Under the pieces are notes generated by a model, which was not told the DNA's origin, made no database searches, and saw only the letters and a program-made list of their open reading frames with translations. 11,560 nucleotides of DNA from a virus (taxonomy: Duplodnaviria; Heunggongvirae; Uroviricota; Caudoviricetes), in the IMG/VR virus record IMGVR_UViG_2695420595_000005. One strand, given 5' to 3'. The number at the start of each line of letters is the position of its first letter. Positions within the stretch are counted from its first letter, which is position 1. Below, in pieces: positions 7,535 through 11,560 of this stretch. The translations under genes were made by a program, and so were the position numbers.

Positions 7535-7667
7535 AAAACCCTCATTAATTCCGTTAACAGACTGAGCTTGCTGGTTACAGGGTAACAAACAGCGTTCTGA
7601 TGATATCGCGCAATAGCTGTGCAATATCCTATCACTGCGATTAATAATACCAATTGAGAGGAACATT
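7535..7667. promoter_or_regulatory. Divergent control region between sodC (minus) and J (plus); should contain the sodC promoter
   Basis: 133-bp non-coding, relatively AT-rich spacer flanked by the sodC and J ribosome-binding sites. It contains a short palindrome GTTAC-AGG-GTAAC (7574-7586). I could not find a convincing sigma70 -35/-10 pair by eye, so the promoter location is inferred from gene arrangement only. Confidence 0.3.
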
Positions 7668-10600
7668 ATGGGCAAAGGTGGCGGCAGGGCGCACACGCCT
7701 CGAGAGGCGAAGGATAATCTCAAATCCACGCAGATGATGAGTGTGATTGATGCGATTGGTGAGGGACCGATAGAAGGCCCGGTGAAGGGGCTGCAGAGTA
7801 TCCTGGTGAACAAAACCCCGCTGACGGACACGGACGGCAATCCTGTGATACACGGTGTGACCGCGGTCTGGCGCGCCGGGGAGCAGGAGCAGACACCACC
7901 GGAAGGCTTTGAGTCCTCCGGAGCTGAAACCGGACTGGGCGTGGAAGTGACGAAGGCAAAGCCGGTAACGCGCACCATTACATCCGCGAACATTGACCGC
8001 CTGCGGGTCACCTTCGGGGTGCAGTCACTGTTGGAGACCACCTCAAAGGGCGACCGTAATCCCTCTTCTGTCCGACTGCTGATTCAGTTGCAGCGTAACG
8101 GTAACTGGGTGACGGAAAAGGATGTCACCATTAACGGCAAGACCACCTCACAGTACCTGGCGTCGGTGATTCTGGAGAATCTGCCTGAGCGGCCCTTTAA
8201 CATCCGGATGGTCCGGGAGACAGCGGACAGCACCTCGGACCAGCTGCAGAATAAGACGCTCTGGTCGTCATACACCGAAATCATCGATGTGAAACAGTGC
8301 TACCCGAACACGGCGATTGTGGGGCTGCAGGTGGATGCGGAGCAGTTTGGCGGTCAGCAGATGACGGTGAACTACCATATCCGCGGTCGCATCATCCAGG
8401 TACCGTCAAACTATGACCCGGAAAAACGCACGTACAGCGGCATCTGGGACGGCAGCCTGAAACCGGCATACAGCAACAACCCGGCCTGGTGCCTGTGGGA
8501 CATGCTGACTCACCCGCGCTACGGCATGGGAAAACGTCTGGTGGCGGCGGATGTTGACAAGTGGGCGCTGTATGCCATCGGGCAGTACTGCGACCAGACG
8601 GTCCCGGATGGTTTCGGGGGCACAGAGCCGCGGATGACCTTTAATGCGTACCTGTCACAACAGCGCAAGGCATGGGATGTGCTCAGTGATTTCTGCTCGG
8701 CGATGCGCTGTATGCCGGTATGGAACGGCCAGACGCTGACGTTCGTTCAGGACCGCCCGTCGGATGTGGTGTGGCCGTACACCAACAGCGATGTTGTGGT
8801 GGATGATAACGGCGTGGGGTTTCGTTACAGCTTCAGCGCCCTGAAGGACCGCCACACGGCGGTGGAGGTGAATTACACCGACCCGCAGAACGGCTGGCAG
8901 ACCTCCACGGAACTGGTGGAAGACCCGGAAGCCATACTGCGCTACGGGCGCAACCTGCTGAAGATGGATGCGTTCGGTTGCACCAGTCGCGGTCAGGCCC
9001 ACCGTGCCGGGCTGTGGGTGATAAAGACCGGACTGCTGGAAACGCAGACGGTGGATTTCACGCTCGGGTCACAGGGGCTGCGTCACACACCCGGTGACAT
9101 TATTGAAATCTGTGATAACGACTATGCCGGGACCATGACCGGCGGACGTGTCCTGTCCATCGATGCCGCCAGCCGCACCCTGACACTGGACCGTGAGGTG
9201 ACCCTGCCGGAGACAGGTGCCGCCACGGTGAACCTGATTAACGGCAGCGGTAAGCCGGTGAGTGTGGACATCACCGCACACCCCGCGCCGGACCGGATAC
9301 AGGTCAGCACCCTGCCTGATGGTGTGGAGACATACGGTGTATGGGGACTCTCCCTGCCGTCACTGCGTCGTCGCCTGTTCCGCTGTGTTTCCATCCGGGA
9401 AAACACGGACGGCACCTTTGCCATCACGGCGGTGCAGCACGTACCGGAAAAAGAAGCCATCGTGGATAACGGGGCCAGCTTTGAGCCGCAGTCAGGCACC
9501 CTGAACAGCGTTATTCCACCGGCAGTGCAGCACCTGACGGTGGAGGTGAGCGCGGCTGACGGTCAGTATCTGGCACAGGCGAAATGGGACACGCCGCGGG
9601 TGGTGAAGGGTGTGCGCTTCAGTCTGCGCCTGACCAGCGGAAGCGGTCAGGACAGCCGTCTGGTGACCACCGCCATCACCGCGGATACAGAGCACCGTTT
9701 CAGCGGTCTGCCGCCGGGGGAATACACCCTGACGGTCAGGGCGATTAACAGTTATGGCCAGCAGGGCGAACCGGCCACCACCACGTTCAGGATTAATGCA
9801 CCTGCGGTACCCGCCACGATTGAGCTGACACCGGGCTATTTTCAGATAACAGCGGTCCCGCGTCTTGCGGTGTATGACCCGACGGTACAGTTTGAGTTCT
9901 GGTTTTCGGAGGCAAAAATCGCAGACATATCTCAGGTGGAAACCTCTGCCCGTTATCTGGGGACCGGCAGTCAGTGGAGTGTATCCGGCCCGCACATTAA
10001 GCCCGGGAAGGATTTCTGGTTTTACGTGCGCAGCGTCAACCTGGTGGGGAAATCTGCTTTTGTGGAAGCCAGTGGCCGGGCCAGCAATGATGCAGAAGGG
10101 TATCTGGGACTGTTTCGGGAAAAAATAGGAAAACTGCATCTGGCTCAGGGGCTGTGGGAGCTGATAGACAACAGCCAGCTTGCGGATGAGATGGCGGAGA
10201 TGAAGACCACCATCACCGAAACCCGCAATGAAATCACACAGACGGTCAGTAAAACGCTGGAAGACCAGAGCGCCACCATACAGCAGATACAGCGCGTGCA
10301 GAAGGACACAAATGATGACCTTGCTGCACTTTACATGCTGAAGGTACAGAAAACAAAAAATGGCATACCCTATGTTGCCGGTATTGGAGCGGGGATTGAG
10401 GATACTGATGGCCAGCCCCTGAGCAACATACTGCTGCTGGCTGACCGTATTGCGATGATTAACCCGGAGGACGGCAACACCACGCCGTTATTTGTGGCGC
10501 AGGGGAATCAGTTGTTCATGAACGATGTGTTCCTGAAGCGGCTGTTTGCGGTGAGTATCACCTCGTCCGGCAATCCCCCGACGTTTTCCCTGACGCCGGA

Positions 10601-11141
10601 GGGCAGGCTGACCGCAAGAAATGCTGATATCAGCGGTAACGTGAATGCGAATTCCGGGACGCTCAACAACGTCACGATTAACGAGAACTGTCGGGTTCTG
10701 GGAAAACTGTCCGCGAACCAGATTGAAGGCGATCTCGTTAAAACAGTGGGCAAAGCTTTCCCCCGTGACTCCCGTGCACCGGAGCGGTGGCCATCAGGGA
10801 CCATTACCGTCAGGGTTTATGACGATCAGCCGTTTGACCGGCAAATTGTTATTCCGGTGGTGGCATTCAGCGGCGCTAAACATGAGAGAGAGCATACTGA
10901 TATTTACTCCTCATGCCGTCTGATAGTGCGGAAAAACGGTGCTGAAATTTATAACCGTACCGCGCTGGATAATACGCTGATTTACAGTGGCGTTATTGAT
11001 ATGCCTGCCGGTCACGGTCACATGACGCTGGAGTTTTCGGTGTCAGCATGGCTGGTAAATAACTGGTATCCCACAGCAAGTATCAGCGATCTGCTGGTTG
11101 TGGTGATGAAAAAATCCACAGCAGGTATCAGTATCAGCTGA
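7668..11141 (+). CDS. J: Tail tip / central tail fibre host-specificity protein gpJ
   Basis: 1157-aa ORF with ATG at 7668 and SD GAGAGG at 7656-7661. The N-terminal ~900 aa closely match lambda gpJ as recalled ([39 protein letters not shown]..., ...[19 protein letters not shown]..., ...[33 protein letters not shown]...). Fibronectin-III-like repeats lie at roughly 9519-10113. The C-terminal end is related but divergent. Stop TGA at 11139-11141. Confidence 0.95.
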   Translation: MGKGGGRAHTPREAKDNLKSTQMMSVIDAIGEGPIEGPVKGLQSILVNKTPLTDTDGNPVIHGVTAVWRAGEQEQTPPEGFESSGAETGLGVEVTKAKPVTRTITSANIDRLRVTFGVQSLLETTSKGDRNPSSVRLLIQLQRNGNWVTEKDVTINGKTTSQYLASVILENLPERPFNIRMVRETADSTSDQLQNKTLWSSYTEIIDVKQCYPNTAIVGLQVDAEQFGGQQMTVNYHIRGRIIQVPSNYDPEKRTYSGIWDGSLKPAYSNNPAWCLWDMLTHPRYGMGKRLVAADVDKWALYAIGQYCDQTVPDGFGGTEPRMTFNAYLSQQRKAWDVLSDFCSAMRCMPVWNGQTLTFVQDRPSDVVWPYTNSDVVVDDNGVGFRYSFSALKDRHTAVEVNYTDPQNGWQTSTELVEDPEAILRYGRNLLKMDAFGCTSRGQAHRAGLWVIKTGLLETQTVDFTLGSQGLRHTPGDIIEICDNDYAGTMTGGRVLSIDAASRTLTLDREVTLPETGAATVNLINGSGKPVSVDITAHPAPDRIQVSTLPDGVETYGVWGLSLPSLRRRLFRCVSIRENTDGTFAITAVQHVPEKEAIVDNGASFEPQSGTLNSVIPPAVQHLTVEVSAADGQYLAQAKWDTPRVVKGVRFSLRLTSGSGQDSRLVTTAITADTEHRFSGLPPGEYTLTVRAINSYGQQGEPATTTFRINAPAVPATIELTPGYFQITAVPRLAVYDPTVQFEFWFSEAKIADISQVETSARYLGTGSQWSVSGPHIKPGKDFWFYVRSVNLVGKSAFVEASGRASNDAEGYLGLFREKIGKLHLAQGLWELIDNSQLADEMAEMKTTITETRNEITQTVSKTLEDQSATIQQIQRVQKDTNDDLAALYMLKVQKTKNGIPYVAGIGAGIEDTDGQPLSNILLLADRIAMINPEDGNTTPLFVAQGNQLFMNDVFLKRLFAVSITSSGNPPTFSLTPEGRLTARNADISGNVNANSGTLNNVTINENCRVLGKLSANQIEGDLVKTVGKAFPRDSRAPERWPSGTITVRVYDDQPFDRQIVIPVVAFSGAKHEREHTDIYSSCRLIVRKNGAEIYNRTALDNTLIYSGVIDMPAGHGHMTLEFSVSAWLVNNWYPTASISDLLVVVMKKSTAGISIS

Positions 11142-11159
11142 ATTTTATAACCCAGAACG

Positions 11160-11183
11160 GGCGTCAGAAATGACGCCTTTTTT
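11160..11183 (+). terminator. Rho-independent terminator downstream of J
   Basis: Stem GGCGTCA (11160-11166), loop GAAA, stem TGACGCC (11171-11177), followed directly by TTTTTT (11178-11183). It begins 19 nt after the J stop. Confidence 0.75.
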
Positions 11184-11207
11184 ATTGCAGAAAAGCGAGA
11201 GGTAATT

Positions 11208-11560
11208 ATGCGTAAACTTTATGCCGCCATTTTGTCCGCAGCCATTTGTCTGACCGTATCCGGTGCGCCTGCATGGGCGTCTGAGCAGCAGGCCACGCTG
11301 AGCGCGGGGTATCTTCATGCCCGGACGAACGCTCCCGGTAGCGATAATCTTAACGGGATTAACGTGAAATACCGTTATGAATTCACGGACACGCTGGGGC
11401 TGGTGACGTCATTCAGCTATGCAGGAGACAGGAATCGCCAGATTACCCGTTACAGCGATACCCGCTGGCATGAAGATTCCGTGCGTAACCGCTGGTTCAG
11501 CGTAATGGCGGGGCCGTCTGTGCGCGTGAATGAATGGTTCAGCGCGTATGCGATGGCGGG
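11208..11560 (+). CDS. lom: Ail/Lom/PagC-family outer-membrane beta-barrel protein (lom-like moron), 5' part; 3' end outside the window
   Basis: ATG at 11208 with SD GAGAGG at 11196-11201. Signal peptide [24 protein letters not shown] then [17 protein letters not shown]...[24 protein letters not shown]...[24 protein letters not shown]. The motifs [15 protein letters not shown] and AYAMAG match lambda Lom and the Ail/PagC family as I recall them. Same position (about 65 nt after J) as lom in lambda. Confidence 0.85.
   Translation, partial: MRKLYAAILSAAICLTVSGAPAWASEQQATLSAGYLHARTNAPGSDNLNGINVKYRYEFTDTLGLVTSFSYAGDRNRQITRYSDTRWHEDSVRNRWFSVMAGPSVRVNEWFSAYAMA

Noticed and set aside
7535-8041. N-terminal extension of the minus-strand sodC ORF (tool ORF 7007-8041, 344 aa)
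   Set aside because: The extension runs antisense through the J start and has no SOD-like sequence. The Met at 7534 has an SD and begins a typical signal peptide, so the real gene is 7007-7534.
9492-10139. 215-aa minus-strand ORF inside J
   Set aside because: Antisense to the conserved FN3-containing part of J; no RBS or homology signal. Treated as a chance open frame.
1-11560. CRISPR arrays, tRNA or rRNA genes, IS elements or att sites
   Set aside because: I found no regularly spaced direct repeats, no cloverleaf-compatible segments in the short non-coding gaps, and no transposase or integrase-like ORFs. The non-coding space is limited to the I-sodC-J spacers and the J-lom gap.

Overview
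This window is the tail-morphogenesis module of a lambda-like (lambdoid siphovirus) prophage from an enterobacterium. Reading left to right on the + strand it holds the 3' end of U, then V, G, the G-T -1 frameshift product, tape-measure H, M, L, K, I, J, and the 5' part of a lom-like outer-membrane protein gene. Gene order, sizes, start/stop overlaps (ATGA at H/M, TGATG at M/L) and protein sequences follow the phage lambda U-V-G-T-H-M-L-K-I-J-lom paradigm. The one structural departure is the I-J spacer: about 850 bp here against roughly 60 bp in lambda (from memory). It carries a minus-strand periplasmic Cu,Zn superoxide dismutase gene (sodC) with its own ribosome-binding site and a terminator hairpin, which is a classic lysogenic-conversion moron. 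I saw no CRISPR array, tRNA, rRNA, transposase or integrase, and nothing I can defend as a previously undescribed system. The points worth a second look are the two cargo genes (sodC and lom-like), the A-AAA-AAG recoding site, the JAMM plus NlpC/P60 and ubiquitin-like pair in K and I, and apparently mosaic segments in H and J. All calls rest on reading the supplied ORF translations and sequence by eye and on recalled lambda protein sequences; no searches were run.
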